Below are positions 36,050 through 48,458 of a stretch of 64,000 nucleotides of DNA, in pieces. Under the pieces are notes generated by a model. The model worked only from the letters and a program-made list of their open reading frames with translations, had not been told where the DNA came from and did no database searches. Numbering within the stretch: the first letter of the stretch is position 1; every line of letters begins with the position of its first letter. The position numbers were made by a program, and so were the translations under genes. The stretch is from Chiloscyllium plagiosum (Eukaryota): NCBI RefSeq assembly GCF_004010195.1, contig NC_057751.1:19045387-19109386 (forward strand), in the 5' to 3' direction.

Positions 36050-37140
36050 ATTGGTGAGACCATTCTTGGAATACTGTGTACAGTTCTGCTCATCCTGCTA
36101 GAAGAAGGATGTCATTAAACTGGAAAGCATGCAGAAAAGATTTATAAGGATGTTGCCGGGATTGGAGGGTTTGAGTTATAAGGAGAGGCTGTATAGGCTG
36201 GGGCTATTTTTACTGGAGCCTTGGAGTTGGAGTGGTGACCTTATAGAGGTTTATAAAACCATAAGGGGCATGGATAGGGTGAATAGCCAAGGTCTTTTTC
36301 CCAGGGTAGCAGAGTCCAAAACTAGAAGGCATAGGTTTAAGGTGAGAGGGAAATATTTAGAATGTTTTCACACAGGGTGGTACGTGTATGGAATGAACTT
36401 CCAGAGGAAGTAGTGGAGGCTATACAATTACAACATTTAAAAGGCATCTGGATGGATATCTGAATAGGCCCAACTGATCAAGAGGTAATCTTCTTTGCTG
36501 TCCATAACATCTCCAATTTTGGTGTCATCTGCAAACTTACTAACCAGATCTTCTATGTTCACATCCAAATCATTGATATAAATGACAAAAAAGCAGTGGA
36601 CCCAGCACCGATCCTTGTGATACAGAACTGGTCACAGGCCTCCAGTCTGAAAAGCAACCCTCCACCACCACTCTCTGTCTTCTACCTTCGGGCCAGTTCT
36701 GTATCCAAATGGCTAGTTCTCCCTGTATTCCATGTGATCTCACCTTGCTAACCAGTCTACCACGAGGAACCTTGTTGAATATCTTACTGAAGTCCATATA
36801 GATCATGTTCGCTGCCCAGACCTCATCAACCCTCTTCGTTACTTCTTCAAAAAACTCAATCAAGTTAGTGAGACATGATTTCCCATGCACAAAGCCATCT
36901 ATCCCTAATCAGTTCTTGCCTTTTGAAATACATATAAATCCTGTCCCTCTGGACTCCTTTCAACAACTTGCACACCGCCGATGTCAGGCTCACCGGTCTT
37001 TGGTTCCCTGGCTTTTCCTTACTACCTTTCTTAAATAGTGGCACCACGTCAGGCAACCTCCAGTCTTCCAGCACCTCCTCCATGGCCCAGCAATCACTCC
37101 CCTACTTTCCACAAAGTCGTAGGATACACATGATCCGGTC
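36050..37140. mobile_element. CR1 3' segment (+, 36050-36468) abutting a CR1 RT segment (-, 36469-37140)
   Basis: Plus strand: KRFIRMLPGLEGLSYKERL. Minus strand: RPVSLTS, GKSCLTNLIEFFEEVTK, YMDFSK and QGSVLGPLLF. Confidence 0.9.
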
Positions 37141-37174
37141 CTAAAGAAATCCTGTTCCCTTATCATTCTGTGCT

Positions 37175-37450
37175 TTCTAGCTGACATTGGCTCACAATCA
37201 AGCAACATCTTCACTTTAACATTTTAATCCATGTGTTCAAATCCCTCCTTCTAATCTCTATAACCTCCACCAGCACCATCCCTCCTCTAATTCCGGTTCT
37301 TGTGTTCTCCCAATTAAAATATCTTTATTTAAAACCTACCTCTTTGACCAAACCTTTGACCATTTGTCCTAAACGTAACTCAGTGCCCAGGTTTTATAAC
37401 GTCCCCATGAAAAGTGCCTTGAGATATTTCTGTGGTGCTATATAAATAGC
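37175..37450 (+). mobile_element. Old L2-like 3' end
   Basis: GTGTTCAAATCCCTCC...AAAACCTACCTCTTTGACCAA...GGTGCTATATAAAT. A related minus-strand remnant lies at about 32000-32300. Confidence 0.5.
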
Positions 37451-37734
37451 TGTTTTAAAGAGACCTTCTTGCAAGCCGTTGCATCTGAGTTCGAAATACT
37501 TGTCAATCATTAAGACAATACATTGTAAGTTGCATCATTCTCATTAGCGTGTGGAGAATCAAATGTTGGATCAATGCTTTGCCGAGTGGTCTACAGATGT
37601 AGTGGTGGAACTGTCTGTCTCCAACGTGTGTCACATATGGGCACTTATTTCATAGCGAGTTTTGAGAAAATTTCATCATGAAGTCAGATTGCCAAATTGA
37701 CTGAAACTCTGACTGAAACTATACAGTGATGACA

Positions 37735-38400
37735 CCACATGCCCCGCCCCATGAATCGCCCTGATGCGTGGTAATGAGTAGTGAAGTGCGACGTCAATCA
37801 GAATGACGTCGGCCCTCGCCTGGCGGTCCCATAGAAACCCACAGGTCGTTAAAAGGTTGAACGTGTTAATCCCTCCCTCGACTGCCTGAGATTGGGCGCT
37901 GAACCAGGGTCTGTCGTACAATTAGTGCGTTGAGATGTCAATTGTCCTGAGCTTTAATCCAATTGGGTCAATACTGATGTCAGTCATTTAAGAACGCCCC
38001 CGAAGCGAAGGTCTGATTTGTTAATCGACCAGTGACAGGCGGAATCAGATATCAGTTTCTGCATTTCCATTGGTCCATTGGAACAGCAGCCTGAATCCCT
38101 GTGTCAGGATTGATCAGCCTATGTGTCGATCATCGGAGGCGCTGCTTCGGAGGCTTTCCCTGTTTAAAAGCTAGAGTGGAGGATGACGTTGAAAGGTTGT
38201 GGTATACGATGTAAGGAAATCTTCAAATAAAATTACGAATTATTCATACGACTGGGGTTTGTGGCTTTTCACCTGCTGACAGATCGCTAGTAAGTTCAAC
38301 CGTGTGGGCGCGAGAAGGATGCTGTGAATGGACGGGGCCAGGGTGCTGTGGGCGGCAGGAGAGACCGCGGTCTGATATCGGGCCTAGTAATGAACTGGAA
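37735..38400 (+). promoter_or_regulatory. CpG-rich putative RNF41 promoter / first exon, possibly bidirectional
   Basis: GC box GCCCCGCCCC (37741). Inverted CRE-like pair CGACGTCA (37789) / TGACGTCG (37804). CCAAT/ATTGG in both orientations (about 37891, 37959, 38069, 38076). Candidate donors GTAAGG (38211) and GTAAGT (38290). Confidence 0.65.
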
Positions 38401-39855
38401 CGGAGCCTGAAAATAAAGTGTCATGTTACGGCTTAGGCTGAATTTCAGGATCTTTGGTATCGGTGTGGACCTCAGCCATAACTTGATTTGTTCACCAAAC
38501 GTTCCTGAATAAAATGGGGTTTTCTCTTTTTTTTTCTCCTGATTGTTCAGCTATCTTTGCATCTGTCTTTTTCTCGAATGTTTAAAATTTCAGCATTTCT
38601 CTGTTGCTATGTACATGTATCTGTCAATCTGGTGGTTAGTTAAATACTGTAAATGCTCAGCGATCTTTGTCTCCGTTCAGGAGCTCCTTGAGATTAATTT
38701 CACTAACAGAAGGTGATTTATGGGCAAGGAGTTTAATCAAACCTCGTAGTTCTGGAAGAATTTTAATATTTATCATTTTAATAAGTTTTCCTAGGGAGAG
38801 AATGTTGGTGAGGTAGGATAAGATGCTTTTGAGGTATTATCGTTAAATTGTATCTCGATAGCTTTGGTTAATCCGCTACTAAAAGGGAGAAACTCACTAT
38901 TATGATGTGATTCAAAAATTAGCATGTAACAAACAAATAGGTGTGGTAATGGTGGGTTAGAGAATAGTTGTCTGCCATATATTCCAACAATTTTTAATTC
39001 ACTTATTTTAAACTATATATCTTTATTGTGGAAATTATTTTTAATCAACCAGTTTAGGCATATTATGATCTACCTCCTGCACAAGTGAGAATTGAACCTG
39101 TACCCTCTAGAGATTCTACCACTATGCTGTAAGACCCCCTTGTTATTATTGATTTATAATGGCATCTCATTTCATTTCTAGTGGCTTGTTTTAATATTCT
39201 GGTTTTAATATTCTAATATTATGGTTGATGCCATAATAACATTGTGTGAGACTTTGTCATTCTATTCTCTGTCTAATCATCATTGACTCCAGTTTTATTT
39301 TTGAGTATTTGTAGTATGACTGTTCTGACCTCATTGGCATTCTGTAGCTTTACAAAAACAGTAAATTGGTTAGTGCTGTATTTGTTCTTGGCAGATGACC
39401 ATGTATTTTTGGAAGAAACTGAGTCATACTGTGACTATGTGTGAACAGGTGACTAAATTTGTTCATGAGATGGAATAAATATCTCAGCATATGTATATGA
39501 AGAATGATCTAGATGATTATTATACAGTTGCTGTCCTGTAATTGAGTGCTTTGTGAAGGAAAAATGTAATGCATACGAATTTAACATTTACTTGTTTCCA
39601 CATATTTTAGTGGAGCTTGGTTCTATTTGACCTGTTGATACAGCTACAAGACTATGGGGTATTTTCATGCTCCTTCATTTTCTTTTCTCCTCCTACCGTA
39701 TGCTTCCCGATATTTTCACTAGCTCCTTCAACCTTAGATCCTGTTCCTCCCCTCATCAAGTCTACCATCTTCAACAACATCTTGCTGTCAAAAAAAAGGC
39801 GAAGCTCAGTAATCTGTCTTCTGACTGCTGTCCTATCTCCAACATTGCTTTTAGA

Positions 39856-40052
39856 AAAACAGAATGCTGGACGAAGTCAGCAGGTTTGGCAGCTTCTGTT
39901 GAGAAAGAAACAGTTAATGTTCTGATTCTAAAGGAGAGTCTTACTGGATTTGACATTAACTCTGTTTCTCTTTGTACAGATGCTGCCAGATCTGCTGAGG
40001 TTCTTCACTAGTTTTTATTTCTGATATCCAGTATCTGTTGTACTTTGCTTTC
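39856..40052. mobile_element. Degenerate palindromic short element (family B)
   Basis: TCAGCAGGTTTGGCAGC...AGAAACAGTTAATG paired with CATTAACTCTGTTTCT...GCTGCCAGATCTGCTGA. Confidence 0.65.
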
Positions 40053-41289
40053 ATTTCAATATTGCTTTCCTGTTCAAGCACCTCAAACTTATCACAAACT
40101 CTTATCTCTCTTGTAGCTCTGAGCGTATTCAGTCTGGCTTTTTCCCTTCCTGGAGCACTAATTGAGTCTTGTCAAAATCACATTTTATCCTCTTGTGACC
40201 ATTATGCCTTATCTTTTGACTTTTCAACAATGCTTGATATAATTAACTTCTGCAGTACTAAATGTTGCCCAGCTCCTTGGAACTGTCCTTGCATTGTTCC
40301 ATTCCTGTCTGTTCTAGTGGAACTAGTACCTTCCCAGCAGTGACATTTCTTCCAGTTTCACAGCATTGCCTCCACACTCCCTTGAGGATTTATCCTTTGG
40401 CCTCTTGTTCAACTCTGTGATTTCCCTTTTTGTGATATAATTTGTAGTCCTGAGTTCTACGTCTGTGTATATACGAAGATGCCCAGTTCCATTGTTACCT
40501 CGTCGTTCACTGACTTTGGGCTCTCAAGTCTTGGATGATGATGATGTTGGGAAGTTCGCAGCTGCCATTCAGGGCCTCTTGGGCACTGCCCCCCCTCCCC
40601 CCTCCCTACTATTGGGCTGAGTCAGTCCCTTTTTGGTTTGACCCTCACTTGCATATAAAACCCGGGTGCTCTCCATCACAGAGGCTACTCCTACTGTCAT
40701 TCCCTGTTCATCATCACTTTTCCTGCTCCCTTCAGCTCAGTCTCACACTCAGGACTCAAGCTCCAGGAAATTCCCATCTCTGAACACTGATTAATTAAAA
40801 GCCTGTTTACATTCAGGATGTAATGCTGATAGCATGGCTGGACTCTAGGAAACAAAATATTTGTACCATTGGAACCAGTGTTTGCACGTGAGGTTTTGTG
40901 TAGGCAGGAGAGGAGGTGCCAGTTTCCTCTTGTCAGAATGTTCGTTCGAGGTCACAGTTTCACTTTGTTAATGCTGGCCTCGACAAATGTCCAGTTACTA
41001 TGGAAAGTGGATTTAGCTGTTGCAGACTGCAATATAAATGTGTTGAATGTGGGAGCGGTTAACTGGAAGCAATTTGCTAATGTAAATGTAAAGAGACCGT
41101 GGAAAAACGAGTCATGTGGTTCGGTATTTGTGTCCCTACCTCTGTACAGGAAAGTCCAGGTTCGAGTCTCGCCCCAGAATGTAATGGCTATGAATGTGTA
41201 TCATAATATATCCAAACAGGTTGAAATAAGTTAATTTTTTTTTTATTTTTAAAAAAAACTCTGCTTTTGAGCCAGTTTTTTTTATTTTA

Positions 41290-41720
41290 GGAAAAGAACA
41301 AAAGAACTACTTAGCACAGAAATAGACCATTCATCTGTATGATGCACAGAGGCTTGTTCCATTTGAATTCCTCTCCCTCCATCACCATATCTTTCTATTC
41401 CTTTCTCCCTCATCCTTGTCCAGTTCCCATCATTAAATATTTCTTTGGTATTATCTTCACCTATCCCATGTGAGAGCAAGTTCCATATGCTCATCACTCC
41501 AATGGCAAAAGATTTCTCCTGAATTCCCTGTCTGTTTGTTTCAGATGGATGGTCCTCTTGTTTTGTGGAAGCATCTTCTCTACGTTTACCCTGGAGAACC
41601 CCTTCATAATTTAAAAGGTCTCGATCTGGCCCCTATCTTTGTTTCTAGAGAAAAGAGCCTCCGCCTGATCTGTCTTTCCTGATGGTTATAACTTCTCAGT
41701 TCCAGGGTTCTCCTTGTTAA
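41290..41720 (-). mobile_element. Old CR1 3' fragment
   Basis: RRLFSLE-like segment and a CR1-type tail, heavily diverged. Confidence 0.5.
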
Positions 41721-44700
41721 GGATTTGATTAACCTTACCTGTGTGTGAACTATTCCCTGTCTAGAAGCTTGGCATTTAATTTTAAATACATAAATCTTGT
41801 TGATTCTGTTTAGAGACCAAGCAGCCACTATGGTGTTTATTTTTAAAATACTAGTTACTGGCAAATTACTATTTCTATTAAGGGGAAAGAGTAAGCATTG
41901 TACTAACATGCCTGTGCTATCCTCCTTCATCCAGCATTGAACCATTCATGATTGGTTAGTGTAGTAAAACTCTCCTGTCGCACAAACCAGTTGACATCAT
42001 CCAAATAATGTTCCTTTGGAGAATAAATTATTAAATTTATTACTAGCTTTGACAATGAACCACAAGAGGAGATCGTTTTGCCGATGTTGCAAACATTGAT
42101 GTAGTGTGAGAGAAAATTTGAAAGTAAGCAACTGACAACTAATTGTGATCCACGAATGTATCCCTTTCTATCTTTTTTTTTCTCCCCAGGTTCTGCACAT
42201 CCATCTTCTGAGTGCCCCCCCCCCCCTTCCAGTTTTCCATTCTAAGACTCCAGCTTGTTGTGCAGCCTCACTGTTTGACAAGTGTGTCTTTCACTAATTG
42301 TATCTTGTGCCGTTTTCTTTTTCTCATCTCTGTTCTCTGAAACATGTTTGGTTGCTTTTCATTTGTCTGATTTTTCTTTGTTATATATTGCATCCCCCCC
42401 CCATAATAATAAAAAAAAACAATAATTTGCGACTGGTGCTCCAGTGGTCCTGTATCTCCTGATAATTCTGGAATTCTTCTGTTTGTTTTTTGTATAAAAA
42501 TGGGAAATAAAAACTAAATTCTGGTAACATATAGCAGTCCATCTTCATTTATTTAAAGATTAATTTTCATCAGAACCAATGGGCAGCAAAGTTTGGATGC
42601 ATGTGTGCATATCAACATCCCATTAATCTTTTTGAAAATGGAGATAGGGACTGTACTGGGGAAAGGACCATGGTGAAAGTGGTCGTGTCTTATTGGCAAT
42701 GAGGACAGCAAATGTAGAGGCAAATCTTTGTTTTTGTCAAACTGCGGTGAGAGCATTGCCCAAATCCAGAATTGCCATCATTTTTTTTTTGAGTTATTTT
42801 CCAGAGCAGACTTGAGTAGCATATGGGTGAGAGTGGCAAGAGATAAACTAAATTGGTCAGAGCTTGCTTTCTGTGTTTGGGACAATAGAGATAGTCCCAA
42901 ACACAGCTGGTATAGATGGTAAGGTTGAGAGGGTGGTGTACGGACTTTTATAGTGAGGAAGAACCATAGCAACCTCGTTCTCCCTCAGCTAACTGTCCTT
43001 TTACTATCTGCAACACTGCATCACCCCTCATGTGCCAGTGATATCAGACTTTGTGAAATAATATATTATCTGGAAATACTGTACAATATTTCACCCATGC
43101 TTTTGCATATAATCATCCCTGACTCTCTAATTTGTAAACAACATGACTATGAGGAAATGATTCACCTTGATCATGTTGGTCCAGTGGTTGGGATGCTGGG
43201 CTATGGCACATTCCTCTTTTGGGTTGGAGAGGGGAAATTCAGTTTGGGTTGTTGGAAGTGAAGTGTGTGGATGCATCTGCTTGAGAAACTTTGTGAAACC
43301 CACTTTGAGGAGGTAGCAGATATGATAGGATAGTCAAGGGTGTGAAGTGAGGTGGGTAGTTGGCGGACCCTTTATGGCAAGCCTTTTAACAGGATTTCAC
43401 ATGCAGGATTACTAGAGAAGCTTAAGATGTATGGAAGTTTGAGAACAGCAAACTGGATGTTTTTGTTTGTTTCTGCAAGAGATAAGACGGCAGGAATTCT
43501 TTGGTGTGGTTGAAAGCAGGTGGTGGTGTCCCTCGGGGTTCCGTTCGCTCCTGTTCACTGTCTGTCAAGATTTGGACGTAAGTCTTGAGGGAGTGGTATC
43601 AGAATTTACAGATTATGCCCAAATAAGGAGGTATACTATCCATACAAATTCCAAGAAAATTGATAAGTGATGGGCTGGCAGATGGAATTCAGTATGAGTG
43701 ACGTATTTAGTTGAAGAAACATCAGTAATTCTTCTTTGGAAATTAATTGGATCACTGCTGTTAGAATTTTAGTTTTTATCATTGATTATAGAATCAAGGG
43801 GGAAAAATAAGAGATTTATAATGTACCTATTTGCATTTTAACAGTGCAGCATTGTCCACTATAGAGAGGATATTGAAGCTTCCAAGAGAATGTGATGCAG
43901 ATACACTTGACGTAACTTACAAAAATGTGACAAATAGTTTTAACAAAGGAATCTTGATTTATGAGCTAACAAAGATAGAAGTCTTAAGATTGGAGAAGTC
44001 CGACAAGCAGAGTTTCCTTGATCAAGATGATTTTCAGGAGGGTGAAGGGAGGACAAAGGGTGAAGGGAGGACTTTGGATTCAGGAGGAAGCAAATCCTGT
44101 AAGAACCGAAGTGGGATCCTTGTGTGCGAGTAAGTAAAGGGGGGGGGAGATTAATGTTCTAAAGTTGGACAAAGCTTGTCCAATCCTGTCTTTAGGTGAC
44201 TGTTAAAGGTGTCAATTCAAAAAGTTGCTTGAGACACGAACATTACCATTAATGTGGAGAAATGGCAGCTTGTATGTAACATTAAAAATCCATCACTGAT
44301 TTAACAGGACTGTTCTGTAAGGGAGACTGGAGTATTGTGCTTTCTGATGCCGTGAGGTTTGCTGTTCAACAGTTTCTTCACTCCTTTCTCTTTTGTCCTA
44401 AGCCAAGCAGTTCTCGCGTCACCTTGCTCGGCCTTCCTGTTTGAAGTGACCACTGTTGTGTGTCCTATAGCCTGAATGTAGCTTGCTGTAGGAATGGACT
44501 CCCACTTATAAAAATAGAAATTGCACATTCAGAAAAATGTTGGTAATCTTGGCAAGGATGCAGCTGAGCTGGTTCTGGAAGCATTGCATAATATCTTTGT
44601 TGTGTAGAATACAGCACTTTAGGCAGTCTAAAAGTAATATGAACTTGTACAGTTTCCAAAGAATAACTGGATGCCTTTGGCCCTTTTTATGATGGTTTTT

Positions 44701-47035
44701 CCCTCTCAATATGTAAAAGATCCATAGCTCTTAAGTGCAGCATGTGGGATTAGCTTCCTTTAACTTGTGGGAAGAGGATAGAATGCTTTGGGCTGAGGGT
44801 GACAAATCTGTAATTGTATGGGAGTGGACAGTCTCTTGAGGGTGCTGTGTGCCGGCTGGAGCTTATTTAGTCTCTCATTTTCCACTTGTGAATCACGTAA
44901 GCTGTTTATATCTTTCAGTCTGAAATGTTGTTTCCTTTTTCGTTTTGTGGAATGGACATAGTGATTGCCTTTTACTGTGTCACCAAGGTCCTGAGAAAGC
45001 TGTTTAATTTTCTGCTAGTTACTAAGCTGTATTTGTCAGTTTCTATTAATGCTAAATATTGGTTGTGTGTGTGGTCTGGTGCTTTTGAGGCTGTCACTTG
45101 TGTCTGTTCTCCCTGTTCCAGTTAGCACTCAGACTGGGCTGGATGGGATGGGCAGGGAGGGAAATGGCAAGACTGGGAAACTGTTCTCCTTTTTAGCTGG
45201 GAAATGTTAAAATAGAGGTGTACAAAATTTTATGCAGGATTTCAGTAGAGGTGGAGGTTGGTGGGGAAGAGAGTGCGAGAGAGAGAGAGAAACTATTTCT
45301 TGTGGCAGGTGGGTCAGTAATCAGAGAATTGAGAGAGGAGAGAAGGGGGGGGCTGGGAGTGGAACTGGATAGCTATGTCAGAAAATCTGATGGTGGGATG
45401 AATGGTGAGCTGTGCTGCTAGTTTTGAAAATTTTCCCCCCCCTATACACTTCTTCCCCCAGTATGATCCCTTTTAAAGGTGAATCAATGTGCCTATTCTG
45501 TGAAACTGATCCTTTTTCTCTGAGCCAGATTGGTAACCCCTGATGTGGAGTAGTGTTCAGGAATTGGATGGATGCAGGAAAGTTTTTTTTAATTCTTGCG
45601 TGGTGTCAAAGTAAATAGTGCTTCAGATGAATATATTCATGTTCAGTGTCTTCCTGTTTTAAGATGCTGTTGACTAAATCACTCTGGACTGGTCTTTGTT
45701 TCTGTGGGGTTGCTGGTTAGCATTGTGAAGAGTGTGCAAGTAATGTATTGATTTAAGCATGGAATCTTCCACCCCTGCTGCTGCATTATTGAAGGTAATG
45801 ACCTTCAGATGAGATGTTAAATTGAGACCCGGTCAAGTTCAGGATGCAGGAGATTTGAGACCAAATAGCTGAACTGCGTATCTGAATGGGGGTGACTTCA
45901 CCAAGCTGCATTCATTGCATGTCACATACTTAACTTTTCTCGCTTGGTTACTGACACAGCAGAGCTGCTTGCTAGGCCACTGTTGGAAGACATTTGAGAA
46001 TCATTGAAAGAAGCTGGAGTCATCTATACATCAGATGGGGAATGTATAAGGGGGCTGTTCAATTCCTGAAGGTCATTTATATTTCAGAGAAGGGAGCTTG
46101 CTCAACCACCTCTCCCTAGCTGAATTCAGTTGTACTTGACTATGTTCTCACCCAAAGTTAGATGCTTCTACCTTGGCTCAGGAAAGCTATTTCAATCTTT
46201 AATATTGATAAAAATCTACTTTCTGCACAAGAGTCTTACTGGATGGGCCAGCATTTATTGCCAAACCCGAATTGGCCTTGAAGATGGTAATGAGATGCTG
46301 CAGTTCCACAATGCTGTTGGCAGGAAGAAGTCCAGAATTTCGACTCGGCAACAGTTAAGGAAGGGCCGAATTTTTTTTTTTTTTTTAATAGTTCTTAGTC
46401 AGGGTGATTTGGAGGGGACCTTGCAACTGGTGTTATTCCCATGTGTCTGCTGCCCTTGTCTGTCTAGATGGTAGAGGTAGCTGGTTTGGAAGGTGCTGTC
46501 AAAAAAGCTAAAATTGAAAGGTAGTTCTCACTTCTTTGGTTGAAGTAACCTGCAACATGAAATCCCCATGAAACAAGGTTTCTGGATGGGAAAGCCCATG
46601 TGAGGGTGCTCAGGAGACTTACCAGTACAGTTCCAGTGATGAGGGACTTTAGCAATAAGGTTAAGTCAGAGAAGCTGGGCTGGTTCTGTCTGGAGTGAAG
46701 CAGATTGACTGGTATCCTGATGGAAGTGTTGAGGATTATGACCGGTACAGACAAATGAATCGGATAAGTACTAGCAGGAAGTAAACTTCACCACAGGGCT
46801 AGAGCAAGGGAGCGGGGCTGACTGGACTGCTCTGCAGAGAACTAGCATGGATTTAATGGGCTGAATGACTTTTTGACAAGGTGATACCTTTTCCTGATTG
46901 ACATTGGGGAAGACTTATTATCTTATCAAGTAACTAATAATGATCTTTTTTTTTATGTATACCTCCCAAAAGAAAGAAAAACAGATTGTGTATAAACTTT
47001 TAAAAAGCTAACAAGATAGAGAAGCTGTTAGCCGT

Positions 47036-47350
47036 GGGCGGCACGGTGGCACAGTGGTTAGCACTGCTGCTTCACAGCGCCAGAGACCCGGGTTCAATTC
47101 CCGCCTCAGGCGACTGACTGTGTGGAGTTTGCACGTTCTCCCCGTGTCTGCGTGGGTTTCCTCCGGGTGCTCCGTTTTCCTCCCACAGTCCAAAGATGTG
47201 CAGGCCAGGTGAATTGGCCATGCTAAATTGCCCGTAGTGTTAGGTAAGGGGTAAATGTAGGGGTATGGGTGGGTTGCGCTTCGGCGGGGCGGTGTGGACT
47301 TGTTGGGCCGAAGGGCCTGTTTCCACACTGTAAGTAATCTAATCTAATCT
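47036..47350 (+). mobile_element. Full-length young HE1-type V-SINE
   Basis: Intact A box (TGGCACAGTGG) and B box (GGTTCAATTCC), V-domain, CR1-derived tail GGGCCGAAGGGCCTGTTTCCACACTGT and (TAATC)3. CpGs are retained. Confidence 0.93.
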
Positions 47351-48368
47351 GTTGACACTGAACATGCTCTGGCTCTTCTAATAGGGTTTCCAAGTACAAC
47401 TTGAGAGGAGATGACGCATGGTGAATGTTTTTTAGCACCGTTTTCCTTTTATAACCCAAGGGAATATGATGGCATTCTTTTTTTATTCTGTAGTTGTTGT
47501 GAACCTCTCCCATTGTTTCACTCAAAACAGACTGAAGCTTTTCCTTGTGGAAGGCAGTTGGAGAAACAAGGCTTTGTGTTATTGCAGCACAGCCGGGAAG
47601 AATTGGGAAAATGTTTACTTTGCCCAAATTCATCTCTACGTGTTGGCTTGCTTCCAATCCAGGATATCTGATGCCATTAAAATAACGGATGTGCACCATT
47701 GTGCGGCTCACTGCTGTACTACGTTAAAGCTGCATTCTGCTCCCATTTATCCTCCGTCTTCTGTTGTTTGGCTGGAGAGATCAGTATTGCGTCCGGGAGT
47801 TTTTACAGGACTGCAAGTTAATGTTTTGAAAAGAGCCTTGTCTGTAAACGTTGTGCTTTCCAAAAAAAGTTGTCTGAAATGGTAAGGAACTCCTAATGCA
47901 GTTTTAATCTATGCAGTGGAGTGTCGGAAACCTTAACTGGGCTTCTGTAGATGGAGGGAGGGGTGTGGCAAGGGAAATCAGAGTCTTTTGGTGGGAGTAG
48001 AAAAGAGAAATGGCAAGGGAATGAGCAAAGTTACGTGTTTATGCAGTTGGTGTGTTGTACAAGATTTTAAGATGGATGCACTGTGGCAGATCTGTTTGAA
48101 GTTACTGTACCTGATCCAGTTAGTCATTTGTGACTTCTGATTCTTTTTATTTTGAAGTAACTTCAACTACCCAAGTGGGAAACGAACACCAAGTGTAAAG
48201 CTTTTGATGTACTTCATTGTATGTTTACAGTTGACATTTTTGCACGTTTAATGCATATCATTTTGTCTTTACTGATCAACCTGTTTATCCCAGGCAATAT
48301 TACTTATTGCAAATAAATCCACCATTTTCTTTTTAGCAGAAACTCCTGAGGCTGTTGCATTATGAGCC

Positions 48369-48458
48369 ATGGGGTACGACGTCAATCGGTTTCAGGGCGA
48401 GGTGGATGAAGATTTGATTTGCCCGATTTGTAGTTGGGTTTTGGAAGAACCTGTACAA
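48369..48458 (+). CDS. RNF41: RNF41 (Nrdp1) coding exon 1 (MGYDVNRFQGEVDEDLICPICSWVLEEPVQ)
   Basis: Strong Kozak gccATGG, matches the RNF41 N-terminus, GTGAGT donor. Too short to appear in the ORF track. Confidence 0.96.

Noticed and set aside
47036..47110. tRNA gene
   Set aside because: The A and B boxes belong to a tRNA-derived SINE head that continues into the V-domain and LINE tail.
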